Source: Eledone cirrhosa (Eukaryota). From it: a stretch of DNA of 64,000 nt. Below, one piece after another: positions 1 to 12,856 of this stretch (position 1 is the stretch's first letter; each line of letters starts with the position of its first letter). Both the position numbers and the translations under genes were made by a program. Where the stretch lies: contig OZ024741.1 in the NCBI GenBank assembly GCA_964016885.1, positions 43,400,001-43,464,000 on the forward strand. Direction: 5' to 3'. A model generated the notes under the pieces. The model was not told the DNA's origin. It did no database searches and saw only the letters and a program-made list of their open reading frames with translations.

Positions 1-4
1 AAGG

Positions 5-195
5 TTTTTTAATTAATAATGTCCTTCTCAGGAGATGCACAGTGTCAGTCAGCTCTATTTTCAGTACCTCTTGCAGAAATGGCTTTCCAGGTATCTGTTC
101 CAAATATTTTTCAGTTCCATTTTTTATAATTCCAAGTGCAGCAACCATCACTGGTATTTTACAGGCCATAAGATGCCACATTTTCTCAATTTGAA
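5..195 (-). mobile_element. C-terminal fragment of an R4/Dong-type non-LTR retrotransposon (restriction-like endonuclease end)
   Basis: Manual minus-strand translation gives QIEKMWHLMACKIPVMVAALGIIKNGTEKYLEQIPGKPFLQEVLKIELTDTVHLLRRTL. This is homologous to the RLE C-terminus at 1488-1889 (WNCHEVKVIPTVIGALGTI...LQKTCLLGTARTLR). Confidence 0.75.
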
Positions 196-1425
196 TTGAT
201 TGATGTTTAAACCACCACCACCACTACCACTACCACCAAAATAGGACGGCCCTTAACAAAATGCCCTGATATTGTATTTGCCGTAAGTGCAGGGCAATTT
301 GGGAGCATAAAAGTGCTATATATTTTCCTAGTTGATATTTGTTATTATTTTGTGTTGTTAACATAACAATTTCTAACAACCATTGCTATCGTTATAATTA
401 CTGTTTTACGTTCTTGTTCGTCTACACTATGTTGTACTATCCAATGTGTTCGGTCCTTGTGGCCAATAACCAATATCATCAACATCATCATCATTATCGA
501 CATTATTACTGTTATTATTGTTGTATTATTTCGTTTAGATCAGTTCTCTTTCTCTAGGGCAATAGAGGTTTGTATTGTATTATTATCTTCATCATCATTA
601 CCATTATCATAGTCATCATGATCTTCCTCATCATCACCATCAGTAGTAGTAGTAGTAGTAGTAATTATTACTCTTATTATTATTGTGTGTTATCTCTGCA
701 CTACCTTGTGCAGTTCTTTTGGCCCTGGGGAAGTGTCGTATTTTCATTTGCTTTTCAAATTTCTACTCTATTGAAAGTAATTTTGCGTACATTGTCAAGT
801 ATTATTTTCTGTATATTGTGTGTCCGTACGTTGTCTATTTTCATAATGTATTTATGTGTCTGCAAAATGTTTAATCATTCCCGAGGCAACTATTATTGTA
901 AGGATTGCTTGTGTTTTCACCAACCTCATTCTGATTCTCATCATTTCCAATCTTTACATATACTATTTTATTCCTTTACTAGATGCAGCCATCAGACTAG
1001 CCAGTCAATAACATCAGCCCCTCAGTACTTATATTTCTTAAAGTCTAATACTTCTTTTTTGATTGCTTTCTGTTGAACCGCAAACATACAGGAGATATGT
1101 TACGTGTCGTAAATGAACAATAAACACAGACCCGGAAACTCTTACACACAAACAAAAACAAGTATGTATATATATATATATCGTTCCAACATAACACCTT
1201 TCTTACCACTAACCAACTCATTGTGTATGCTTTAATATACAGACATGTTCCTAGGAAATACACGTTCTCTAAAGTCATTGAGCGAGTGGAAAATTCGGCG
1301 GGCTAGCACAAATTCAATTTGTCCGGTTCGATTGATATATATTTGATATATTTTATATATATTTATCCTTATCGAGACATCTTTTGATTTTATTCTTCAC
1401 ATTTATTATTATTATTATTATTATT

Positions 1426-2738
1426 CTTTGAGTCTAAGTCATTGATGTTAGTTAACTGGAAAGTTTGTTGAAATGAATATCAAGCCACTACCTGCAATCT
1501 AAGATATTCAGAACGTATCGGAGGGTTCTTGCTGTTCCCAGCAAGCATGTCTTTTGAAGCGTTCCAAAAAGCGTGAAGGTGCCAATTTTCTTTAACCATC
1601 CCTGGAAACTTTTTGAGATAGTCCCTAGTGCGCCTATGACAGTCGGGATCACTTTGACTTCATGGCAGTTCCAAATCCCTTTTACCTCCCACTTTAAGTC
1701 CTGGTATCGGTTAATTTTCTCCCTCTCCTTCTCTTGCACTCTCGTGTCGAATGGGCAGGCCACATCCACAATCAGGCACCATCTTTTTTCTTTGTCCAAA
1801 ACCACCAGGTCAGGTCTATTGTGTTCCAGTTTCTTGTCCGTCTGTATCCTAAAATCCCACAGCACCTTCACCTGATCGTTTTCTATCACCGCCTATGGCT
1901 TATGCTCATACCACTTCTCAGAATGTGGTAAATTGTTTATTTGCATAGGTGCCAGTGGATCACCCTGCCCATCACATCATGTCTCCAGCCTTTATAGTGA
2001 GTCTGGGCTAGGTGTTTACACTCGGATACAATGTGAGCCACAGTCTCCTCTCTCTCTCTCCACAGATCCTGCACAGTGGGCTAGCCTCCTCCTTGTAAAT
2101 GTGGTGTCTCAACCACTTCGTTTTAAGAGCCTGCTCTTGCGCAGCCATTAACATTCCTTCTGTAGCCTTTTTAAGGTCTCCTCTTTTCAACCAGTTCCAT
2201 GTCTGTGGATCTCTAAATTCAGTTCTCTCAAAGAAGGTACTATGAAGGGATTTTTCCTGAAGGCTGCTCTTTCTCCTTGATGTTATTTCCTCCTTGGACA
2301 TCCCCTGGCCTATTGTCCCCTCCTTCAGTACATTTCTGAGCATTGGCTCTTACTATCAGTCACGTATTTGTGTAGGTTGTTTTTCTCCATCTGAACACAG
2401 TCCTCTGTGCTGATAAGACCTATTCCACCCTCAGATCTCCTTAAGTAGAGTCTATCGACATCACTCCTCTTGTGGAACATGTTGTACATAGTCAATAGCT
2501 TCCTAGTCTTCCTATCCATTTCTTTTTGTTCAACAACATTCCATCTCAGAATTCCCGCACTGTACCTAATAATATGACTTTAATAAGCTCCTTACTCTCC
2601 GAAGGTATTCAGTTCTTATCAATTCCTTCATTTTTTTGTTCTTGATGTCATCAGCCTCCAGAACGCCCAAATACTTGTATCCTTCCTCAGAGTCAATTTC
2701 TTTTATCATCTCACCTGTTGGTATCCTCCTCATCACAA
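1426..2738 (-). mobile_element. 5'-truncated R4/Dong-like non-LTR retrotransposon (RT thumb, CCHC region, RLE), frameshifted
   Basis: ORF pieces include GYKYLGVLEADD, MDRKTRKLLTM...DVDRLYL, TEGMLMAAQEQAL...CRICG and RPDLVVLDKEKRWCLIVDVACPFD (PD-D RLE). A short 3' UTR is followed by (TTA)n at 1402-1425, and (TTA)n also abuts the 5' truncation at 2740-2816. Confidence 0.85.
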
Positions 2739-2739
<1 letters not shown>

Positions 2740-2819
<80 letters not shown>

Positions 2820-2860
2820 ATATATATATATATGTGTATGTATATATATATATATATATA
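2740..2860. repeat. (TTA)n followed by (TA)n microsatellite
   Basis: Directly visible. Confidence 0.95.
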
Positions 2861-4235
2861 TGAAAACAGGGAGAAAGAGACGATTATTAAGAAGAAAAAT
2901 ATATATTTTCTTTCCTTTTTTTATTTCTTTCTCTCTTTTTTCTGGGTTAGAAAATGATTAACACGAAATGTTTTACTTTGTGTGAAGTGTTAAGGTAGTA
3001 GTTGATTTATTTATTAATTAACAATGGCATTTATTTATCTATTTATATATTTAATAATTGTCTATTACCGGTTTCAGCATTTTTATGCATTATCACATGA
3101 TAGTACATGCATTGGTGTAAAATGGTGGTGTTGCACATGTTAAAGAAATGGTGCAGAAAGAATAATGTTATTTACAAATAAGGTTTATGAAGTGAAAAGA
3201 AAAAAGAAAAAAGCGAAAACGGAGTGTAATATAGAGCATAAACAGTCAATGTGGAAGAAAAAATGATGTTATTTACAGGCATAGTTCTTGAATTTAAGCA
3301 GATCAAAATGTGTTGATATAGCAACGGTGCTTACTTGACCCATGATTCCATGATGGAGGCAACTGGTGGACTGGGGTTTGATATGATTTCCCTTTTTAGA
3401 GAGTTTTATATGATTTCCCTTTGCAGGAGAGGCAATTGATGCTGGATGATATTTAATTTATTTAAGAAAAAGGATTAGGTAGGGTGTGAATGTTTGATTG
3501 TTTGTTCCAGTGGTTCCAATAAGGAAATATATTTCATTAACAAATTCGAACCTATACGTAATGCACTAAACTTCGGACCAAACTAAAACTGGAACTAACA
3601 ATCAAACATGTACAAGATTTACCTCCCTCACACCCTACCTAATCCTTTTTCTTAAATAAATTAAATAACATCCAGCATGAATTGCCTCCCCCTGCATATT
3701 AACTCTCTAAAAAGCGAAATCATATCAAACCCCAGTCCACCATTTGCCTCCATCATGGAATCATGGATCAAGTAAGCACCTTTGCTCTATTAACACATTT
3801 TGATCTGTTAAATTCAAGAATTATGCATGTAAATAACATCATTTTTTTTCACATTGACTTTTCATGCTCTACATTACGTCTCTTTTTTTCTTTTAGCTTT
3901 TTTCTTTTCACTACATAAACCTTATTTGTAAATAACATTATTCTTTCTGCACCATTTCTTTAACACGTGCAACACCACCATTCTACACCAATACATGTCA
4001 CTATCATTTGATAATGCATAAAAATGCTGAAACCGGTAATAGACAATTATTAAATATATAAATAAATAAATAAATGCCATTGTTAATTAATAAATAAATC
4101 AACTAATACCTTAACACTTCACACAAAGTAAAACATTTCGTTTTAATCATTTTCTAACCCAGAAAAAAGAGAGAAATAAATAAAAAAGGAAAAAAGAAAT
4201 AGTTTTCTTCCTAATAATCGTCTCTTTCTCCCTGT

Positions 4236-4240
<5 letters not shown>
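2861..4240. mobile_element. ~1.4-kb foldback (inverted arms ~2861-3511 and ~3588-4240) between (TA)n tracts; probable non-autonomous Penelope-like inverted pseudo-LTR pair
   Basis: The arms are reverse complements (tgaaaacagggagaaagagacgatt... / ...aatcgtctctttctccctgttttca) with scattered differences. Both carry a decayed hammerhead-like motif (3059-3105 minus; 3996-4045 plus), and (TA)n lies on both sides. Confidence 0.7.
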
Positions 4241-4272
<32 letters not shown>

Positions 4273-4305
4273 CATACACACACACACAGACACATACATA
4301 CACAT

Positions 4306-4384
<79 letters not shown>

Positions 4385-4390
4385 TATATT
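4241..4390. repeat. (TA)n/(CA)n compound microsatellite
   Basis: Directly visible. Confidence 0.95.
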
Positions 4391-4946
4391 GTTATATTTG
4401 GGAATGATCATTTTGTCAATTGTGCCAACAGACATTCTTGTACTGTTTCACTCTCAGTTCAGTTTTATTATTAGTTAGATATTTTGTCATCACTCTTTGT
4501 CACAAATGCTATAGTCCCATCAATTATTATTTCTTATTCTTCTATCAGTCTCCTTTGCCTCATGGCTTAAAAATATACATACATACAATATACGTCAATA
4601 CCCATACTTTTCCATTTTAGAGCGTTTTAAAAGCCCACTATCAGGCTAAAATTTCTTTAGTAAAGAACATACATATTATCATTTGTTGTGACAGATATTT
4701 CAAGTAGCAGACACTTTTCACACGGGTGGTCAGTGAAGACAATATCTATTTGATTAATTTGGTCCTGCTCCTCCCCCTATATCTATATATCTATCGTTGA
4801 TAGTAGACGTGTGTTACTTCGTCTGCAGCCTTTTTGGATTTGTATTACGTTTTTGTCTGTGAGTTTCTGTTTCATTTGTTTTATTTCTGTGACCTAACCT
4901 CCCATCTGGACTTGCAGACGGGTGGTTATTTTATTTTTACCCCCTT

Positions 4947-6911
4947 TTGGGAGTAAAAACCACTTTGAAAAATGTGTATACCAACTTACAAAAATGGACA
5001 CCATACATGAAACCCCCCCCCTCCCTGGGAAGTGATAAAGAGGAACAAGTAACTCAACCAACTGAAGCTTCCCTTCTCTCGCTTTCGCATGCGAGTATGG
5101 AAGCGGATTTGGCGACAATTGTAAACACTTTGGTAATAACCCAAACAATGGAAACAGTAAATTGAAAGAATATATAAATTACACTGACACCAACACAAAT
5201 AACAAAGAAAATTACACAAACACACACAAAAGCGAAAACAGCAGCAACAATGACAAAGAAAACAACATAAATGTGAACTCAAAACACGAAAAAATGGGTG
5301 AAAACCCCAAAAACTGTATTGCAAACAACAACAACCAAAACGCAAACACCCAAGAAAACAAGAACAACAGCAACGAAACACAAAAAAGACCCCCACTACA
5401 CGAAAATCCTTTGCCTAGGTCGTTACGGAGACCGAAACTTTCACCCCAGTTGACATCAGTAATGCATGGGAATTGCTAAAAAGGGGAGAAAACAAGTGAG
5501 CTTTGGTGAAAACGGTGAATTCACCATAATCTCCCCTAAGGATATTAAAAGAGACACGGTCCTAAGGATAATTAATTTTAGAACTATATCAAATGCGTCG
5601 AAAGAACCAGCTCAATTATCGCATAGCGAAATTGAGCTGGTGTTAAAAGACGCGTTGAAGGACATGATTTTTATTGAGAGAGGGAAGTTATATGGGAGTC
5701 TGATAATTTTGATGAAGAGCCAATTGGTGGCCCAAAAATACTCGGTGTCGCCAATTGTGTCCAAACAGTACATTTTATTCCCAACCTACATGGGGAAGAA
5801 AACTAAAAAAATAACAATGTCCGGTATACACCCAAATACAAATATGTGGTGGATACTAGGAGGGATATCGGACGACGAAGATTGACTTCTTGATATAGGC
5901 AAAGCCACCAGGGGCCACTTTGACGGTATAGGCATACAGGTTCTGGTTCGAATGAAACCAGAACGTATCGCAAAGATACCCCTAAGAGTGTCCCTGGAAG
6001 GCTCCCAATGTATGAACATTGCAGTTGAAAGTAGGCGGCCCGCTTGCTACATCTGTGGAGGCAGAGGTCACCTGAGGGATGCCTGTCCTCAACAAACTAA
6101 AAAACCTTTACTGCCAACGTCTCCAAAAACACCACCACCACCACCACCAGCACCACAACAACAACAACAAACACAACAAATCAACAAAAAACTGAACACG
6201 TACCCACCCAACCCCTCCACACCCAAAACAACTCCACAAACAAAAACACAATCACCACCACCACCACCACCCCAAAAACAACAAACACAAGTCAACAAAA
6301 AACTGAACACGGTCCCACCCAACCCCTCTCCACCTAAAGCAACTCCAACAAAATACATAACATAACCCCAAAATATACCCCCTCCTCTCCAACATGGAGG
6401 AGGATCCCTTAACGTCAGAAGCAAAAAAAAAAAGAAAACACACCGCACCCACACAAAATAACCCCTCCCCAAAACAAAACACCAAAAAATACAGAACAAA
6501 ATCCAACAAAAATTACACAGACACAGCTATACACATACTTCAACACAAAAAATATAAAACTTGTAAACAAATTGAACAAAACCCTTCGGTGCAAACCGAA
6601 GGGCCAAATTTCACGAGGGACACACTCTTTAAAAATAATTAAAACTCCGATAGACATTTATATAGAACTAAAACACAATTTTGCTGAGGACTCCCCCCCC
6701 CCCCCCACCCCTCTCCTGTGTAAAACCAATGAGCCGCGTCCTCTTGAAGAATTTCCCCACCCCCACCCCAAACACCCACACCACACCAAACACCCCAACC
6801 CCACCACACTCTGATGTCCCCACACCACCACAAACCATCACCCCACCCAACAATGCCTCCCTCACCCCCATGGAAGTTGTGCAGCCTGGTCCTCGGGACG
6901 TAAGGAGGTAG
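4947..6911 (+). pseudogene. Disrupted ORF1 (gag-like, CCHC zinc knuckle) of the older Tx1 element
   Basis: Fragmented ORFs at 4947-5165, 5162-5479, 5466-5885, 5952-6365 and 6394-6911. The knuckle context IAVESRRPACYICGGRGHLRDAC parallels ISVEGKRPKCFRCGSKTHLRAFC in the array copies. Confidence 0.75.
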
Positions 6912-6944
6912 GTGCCTTTACTTTTTCTTCCCCTTCGCCGACAA

Positions 6945-9900
6945 CATGGCTGTTTTGAGAGTAGGATTTTTGAATGCGCGTAGCCTGAGCTACCTTGGAA
7001 GCAGGCAAAACCTCTAAATGACCTCAGGTCGCGCAGTATAAATCTCATGGCTATTTGCGAGTCCAGGGTCAGCATCGAACGCCAGCTGGCCCCCACCTTT
7101 AACGACTTTGAGATCTATGCATCTCTCTGTCAGCCATGATGTAGGGGTGGGGTTGTCGTTCTGCTGCAAAAACACCTGGGCCTCGTAACGCAGAAGGTGC
7201 ACTTGGACCCGGAGGGTCAACTGGTGGTACTAGACGTTGGCAGTGGTGAAGGTGGAGCCTTTAGGCTGGTCGCAGCCTATGCCCCTTTTGAGGCAGCGAG
7301 GCCATACTTCTCCCAATGTCTGGAGACTTTTCTAGGGACGTCCCGCTCCTTGCTTTTAGTGGGGGACTGGAATGGTATCCTAGATGCACGTTGGGATTAT
7401 GTAGGGGCATGTCCCGATAGAGGGGGTGTAACAGCCTCAAACGGTTAATCGGCCGATTTGACCTGGCCGATAGATATCGACTAGATTATCCGACTGCGCC
7501 AACCTGGACCTGGACTAACCGCAGCGGATCATCTAGGTCGTACCTAGATAAAGTCCTAGTTAGAAATAAGGATAGGGACCTAATTACGTTGTCCAGAGAT
7601 GCGCATGGTTGGCTATTCAGATCACAAATTAGTGACCTGTTTAGTCAACCTTGATAGAACGCATAGACGGGGACCCGGTTACTGGAAGCTGAACTTGTCC
7701 TTACCGGCAAGTAAAGCTTACAGGGATCGGAATAGCGCTTTAGTTAAGGAACAGTTGACGAGGGCTATCGTCAACAGCAGGTGGTGTGGCTCTCTGAAGA
7801 GAGAGATTAGAGTAGTCTTGATAGGTTTTAGTAAGGAATTAGCCTCAGATAGGAATAGGAAGGAAAGGGAGTTGGTAGATAGAGTAGAAGAGGCGATTAG
7901 AAGCGGCAACGTATCAAAAGTGCTAGGGTGGAGAACGGCATTAGACCAGTTTTTCGACTCGAAGCACGAAGGCTGCGTTGTCAGAAGCAAAATACGTGCT
8001 CTAGGAAACGAAGGGGCCAAAGCTGTTAGCTGGGCCCGCGTGACAGAAGCCCAACGTGAGATTAAATGCACTATCCGGTCTTTGAAGGACCAGGATGGAG
8101 GGGTGATCCTTGAACCTGGGCAGATGTGTGAGGCCTTTCAAAAGCACTTTGCACGACTGTTCGGGAGGGGCGGGGGGCCGGATGGGGATGTGGATTTCGG
8201 TCGATACCTCGACGGCCTACCGCGTCTTTCGAGCGAGAAGGCGAAATCCTGTTAAAGGCCAATTTTAGCTGCTGAAATAGGGGACGTTCTGTGCCAATGC
8301 GGCAAACACAAATCGCCGGGTGTCGATGGTCTTCCATACGAACTTTATGTAGCGATGCCGGACTTTTTCTCCGATCTCCTCGAGGCAGTTTACTGCAACT
8401 GGCAAAAAAACGGGATAATTCCCTGTTCTGTAACCAAGGGCGTAGTCTCGCCTGTGAGGAAGGACGAGAACAAGGGGGGTGAAATAAGTAATTTCAGGCC
8501 CATAGCTCTGCTAAATGCGGAGTTAATGATTTTGGGCAAGGTGTTAGCAAAGAGGATGGCGCTTGTCGTGAGCAACCTGGTGGGAGATGCGCAGACATGC
8601 GCTATCCCGTCCAGGTCCATTCACGATAACCTCCACCTCATGCGATACATCATAGTGAGGGTAGGGAATGAACCTGGCTTTGGTGGGGCCCTGATAAACT
8701 TGGATCAATCTAACGCGTTCGATAGTGTCGACCATGGTTACCTGGATGCGGTGCTAGCGGCGGCATGTTTCGGACCCGTTTTCAGGGGCTGGATTACTGC
8801 CATGCACAGCAGCCGCATCTGCTCGAGGGTAAAGGTGAACGGCTACCTCTTGGAGCCGTTCCAAATCTCGTGGTCCATCCGACAGGGGTGCCCTCTCTCC
8901 TCCCTTCTGCGGAAGTTGGAGTTGTTGCAGGGCATCCCCTTGGAACCGGGATTGCAGAAATCGGTGTCGGCCTACGCCCATGACGTGACAGTAATGGTGT
9001 TGATACCTCGGAAATCGGGGGCGATCAGCACCTTACTGGAGGAATACGAAAGGTTTACAGGGGCCAAACTGGACCGGGACAAGTCCGTCGGTTTGCAACT
9101 CGGCGCGTGGAGAACAAACTGATGCCCTCCGACGGCGTCGTCGGACGCTGGACGGAGAGCCCGGTGAAGCTGCTCGGGGTTTGGTTCGGACCAGACCTCC
9201 AGGTGGAGAAGAACTGGGGTGAGGTAACGAACAGGGTGTTTGCACTGACCCAGAAGTGGACCTAGTGCAAACCATCCCTGAAAGGTCGGGCAGAGGTGGC
9301 GAACGTCATCTATTACCGCTTGACTATCGTGCCTTTCCCAGGTGAAACGCTCACCAAAATGGAGCGCGCCCTCTTCCAATTCCTTTGGAAGAAGCGGGCT
9401 CCTTTGGTGAGGAGATCCATCTGCTGTCAACACCCTTTGAAAGGAGAGCTGGGGATGCCGTAGCTGCAGATGCGTAAATACGCATTAAGACTACGGCACC
9501 TCCAGGTATTCCTCACCGTCAACCGGTGTGGGCCCCGTTTGTGAGGCGAGCCTTTCCGAGACTCGTCTCGCGTACCGAGCTGCAATCTTGGGTCAAGCAA
9601 AGACCGAGAAAACTGGCCGTCTGGCACACGGAGTGTGCTCAGACGCTCACAGTTCTCTGGCATGTGGACCCAGCTATCACTGGAGACTCCACCTCGACAT
9701 TCTATAGAGAATTGGTCAGCAGCAGTTGCGACGATGCCCTTGGAGAAGCCCTAGGCATGGAGGAGGAAGAACTGGCCAGCCTATTCGGTAGGACATTTGG
9801 CCCTGGACCGATGGGAAACTTCCAGAGGTCCATGGACTGGCAGTTCTACCGTGGGTTCTGCCTGTTCGAGACAAGCTCTACAGACACGGGCGCCCGGGTA

Positions 9901-10335
9901 GGGACCCTTCGAAAAAGATCTGTCCGAGGTGCTTGCGCGACGAGGAAACCGTCTCGTCACATTGGTACACTGCCCGGGCGTTGCCGACCTGCGGGGCTAT
10001 ATGGAACGACTGCTCTCACGGGTGGGACGAATCCGGTTGACCACCAAGTCCATTGTTATGATCAAACAGCCACCCCCTTCAAAAACGAAGGAGAGGCGGT
10101 CTTCCTCTGTGTAATAGCCATGGGGAAAGAGGTTGTATGGTGGACGTGTTTGAAAGGACTAAGGTCGGACACCTTTCTCTCTGGCCAACAACAGGTCCTT
10201 TTCTTCCGATATCATTTCGGAAGAAGGATCAGGATAGAGAGAGAGGTGCTCCTCCCCAGCCAGTGTTATGAAAGGTGGGTGAAAGTGGCGAGAATGGCCC
10301 GTGTGAATGGGCTTTCTCTCTATATCAGCCTGTAG
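6945..10335 (+). pseudogene. Disrupted ORF2 (APE endonuclease-RT-CCHC) of the older Tx1 element
   Basis: Multiple stops and frameshifts. Fragments 7197-7448, 7599-8255, 8355-9122 and 9526-10335 align to the 1083-aa ORF at 44168-47419. Confidence 0.9.
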
Positions 10336-11462
10336 GTGGAAAGAATATGAGAAGAAGGGAGTACCCTCTCTTTGTGCTCCCGAGGAGTAGGGTTGCACAT
10401 ATTTTCGGGGGTTTGTGCGAACCCCAAAACGCCCCTCCCTATTGAGGACTTCGATTGTTTTATTTCGTTTGTTATATTTTTGTACTCGTTTTATTGTATG
10501 TAACCCCCCCCCCCCCCCTTTGTATTTGTCCCAATCTTTTATGCCCTGGTGGCAAATAAATATAAAGTTATCTTTAATTACTGCCCCTACCCACTCAGGA
10601 CGCACACTGCATATAAATTCAAATAACCCGGGCTAACTTGGGATTTAATATAGTCTCTCTACCTATTTCATCAGATTTAGCTGCTTTTAAACTTCACACC
10701 GCTGGTGTGAATAACTAATAATCGTTTGGTACACGCGATGATCCGATGGCTATGACGGCTTCCCGCTTGCACTTCAGTGCTTGAGTCGGTCAACCTTCCT
10801 AGATTGCTTGGAAAAATAAATTTCCCTTTATTTAGGTAGACGAAAATACTTGGAACGTTTAACACGCCATTGGGCCCTGGGTTGGCTGGGTATCCGTCGC
10901 GTCACTGGTTTGTTGACTGCCAACGGTACTCTTGAATTTGGGCTTAATCTTACTTTTTTAATCATAACTTTATATTCTACCCTGAAACTTTATTATGATT
11001 ATCAATAATATATTTAACTTTTACATAAATGCTTCCTTCTGCATCTCCCAATTTATACTTAAATCTTACTTTTCTAACCTTTAATTTTATCTTAAACTTT
11101 ATATTTTAATTATAAACATAAATTTTACATTTCTAATCTATAATCGTAATTTCTAAATATAAGTATGTATACGTACATACATATATGTATACAGACGTAC
11201 ACTAGTATGTACATATATATACATACATGCACACATATATATATGTACGTACGGCTTAATTCGGGATGTTTGTTTACAAACACACCGAGCATTATAATAA
11301 ATGTTCGGTGAATCCATACGTACATATATATATGTGTGCATGTATGTATATATATACATACTACTGTACGTCTGTATACATATATGTATGTACGTATACA
11401 TACTTATATTTAAGTAACAGCCGTACTAAGAGTGAGAAATGATATTTCGTTTCATTTTTTCC

Positions 11463-11536
<74 letters not shown>

Positions 11537-12744
11537 GTCTATATATCATTCGCTCTAGTTATCTGCCTCCATTTATGCCTCCTTTGTAAATTAAGATATC
11601 TTAGTGCATAATTTTGTGTCTGTTTGTGCTTGTCGTTTATGCAACATATTTCTAAATTCTTAATGCATGGTCTCTAAAATATTCAGCCACACTATAATTA
11701 AATGAGATGGCAGTTCCGTTAATGGAACAATCAGAAGATGCACCGCCCCAAGAACTGATTAAGATACATTTACTTTGCCGCCAAAGCTGCATATTGAAAG
11801 AACACAATTGTATTTGTTTTATGCATTGTTCTATCCACTAGAATGTATATCTCTCTCAACAATTTTCCATCAAGTAAAGCAGGATGTTATGCATATGGAT
11901 ACTGTGGAATTAATCAATTGTTTTACAATTTAAAGTCATAAATCACGCTCCTACGTTTGTGATTTTAATCGCAGCATATTTGCAAAGAAAACCTCACACT
12001 TGACTGATGAAATAATACAGTGTAGAAGCATAGTAACGAACAAATTAATATAATATTCTCGTCTAACGGGTATACTACGTGCAATCAATAAAATCCCCAA
12101 GCGACAATAATATAACTGATATTTTAGTATCAATTCTTTCTTGTCCTGAAGACAATTTCCATGGTATCGATTTCCAAGTATATACACCACGAGACTCAAG
12201 AGAATACATATAACAAACATATTTGGAACTATTAAATTAGCTTATATATTTCTCCACAAATGAGAATACTCTGTTTTCCCAAAATTAATCATGACTAAAT
12301 TAAATATTTGATTAACTGAACAACAACAAAAACTGGTGGCAACTTAATTTAGACATTCTCTTTTGACCAATTGGTCCTTTATGCTTTCAACATGAATAAC
12401 ATATGAATGCAGAAATACAAACGTATCCACGTGTAAGCATACATACACATGTACTCACAGAAAGCATATATAGGTTCTGGGAGACCAGGTATCTCTCTCT
12501 CTCTCGCGTTCCCACACTCTCTCGCTCCCACTCCCACATCTCTCTCGGTCCCACTCTCTCCTCTCGGTCCCCCTTTTCTCCCCCCTCTCTATCTCTCTCT
12601 ATATATATATCCGAGTTCGGATCTAGCTGTTGATACGGCTGGAGCTTAGTCCTCGGGGTCCTGAATTTTTAATATTACCCAAGTCTCGATTACTCTGGTA
12701 AGTAAACTGGTTTATACCGCCTCCATTCTGACACAAACACAGAC

Positions 12745-12762
12745 AGACACACACACACACAC

Positions 12763-12831
<69 letters not shown>

Positions 12832-12856
12832 ATACACATATATATATATATATATT
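12745..12856. repeat. (AC)n/(TA)n microsatellite
   Basis: Directly visible. Confidence 0.95.

Larger units (their letters stand above)
4795..10570 (+). mobile_element. Full-length but decayed Tx1/L1-clade LINE (older family, distinct from the 44-64 kb array)
   Basis: ORF1 remnants contain CYICGGRGHLRDAC and Pro/Gln/Thr-rich tracts. ORF2 remnants contain APE motifs (GDWN, YLDK, SDH), RT motifs (NFRPIALLN, QGCPLS, YAHD) and a C-terminus collinear with the ORF2 at 44168-47587. AATAAA lies near 10555. Confidence 0.9.

Noticed and set aside
12611-12656. Small GC-rich hairpin (ccgag...tctagctgt-tgat-acggctgga...ctcgg) next to (TA)n
   Set aside because: It is a single short stem with no catalytic or family motif, so it could be chance.
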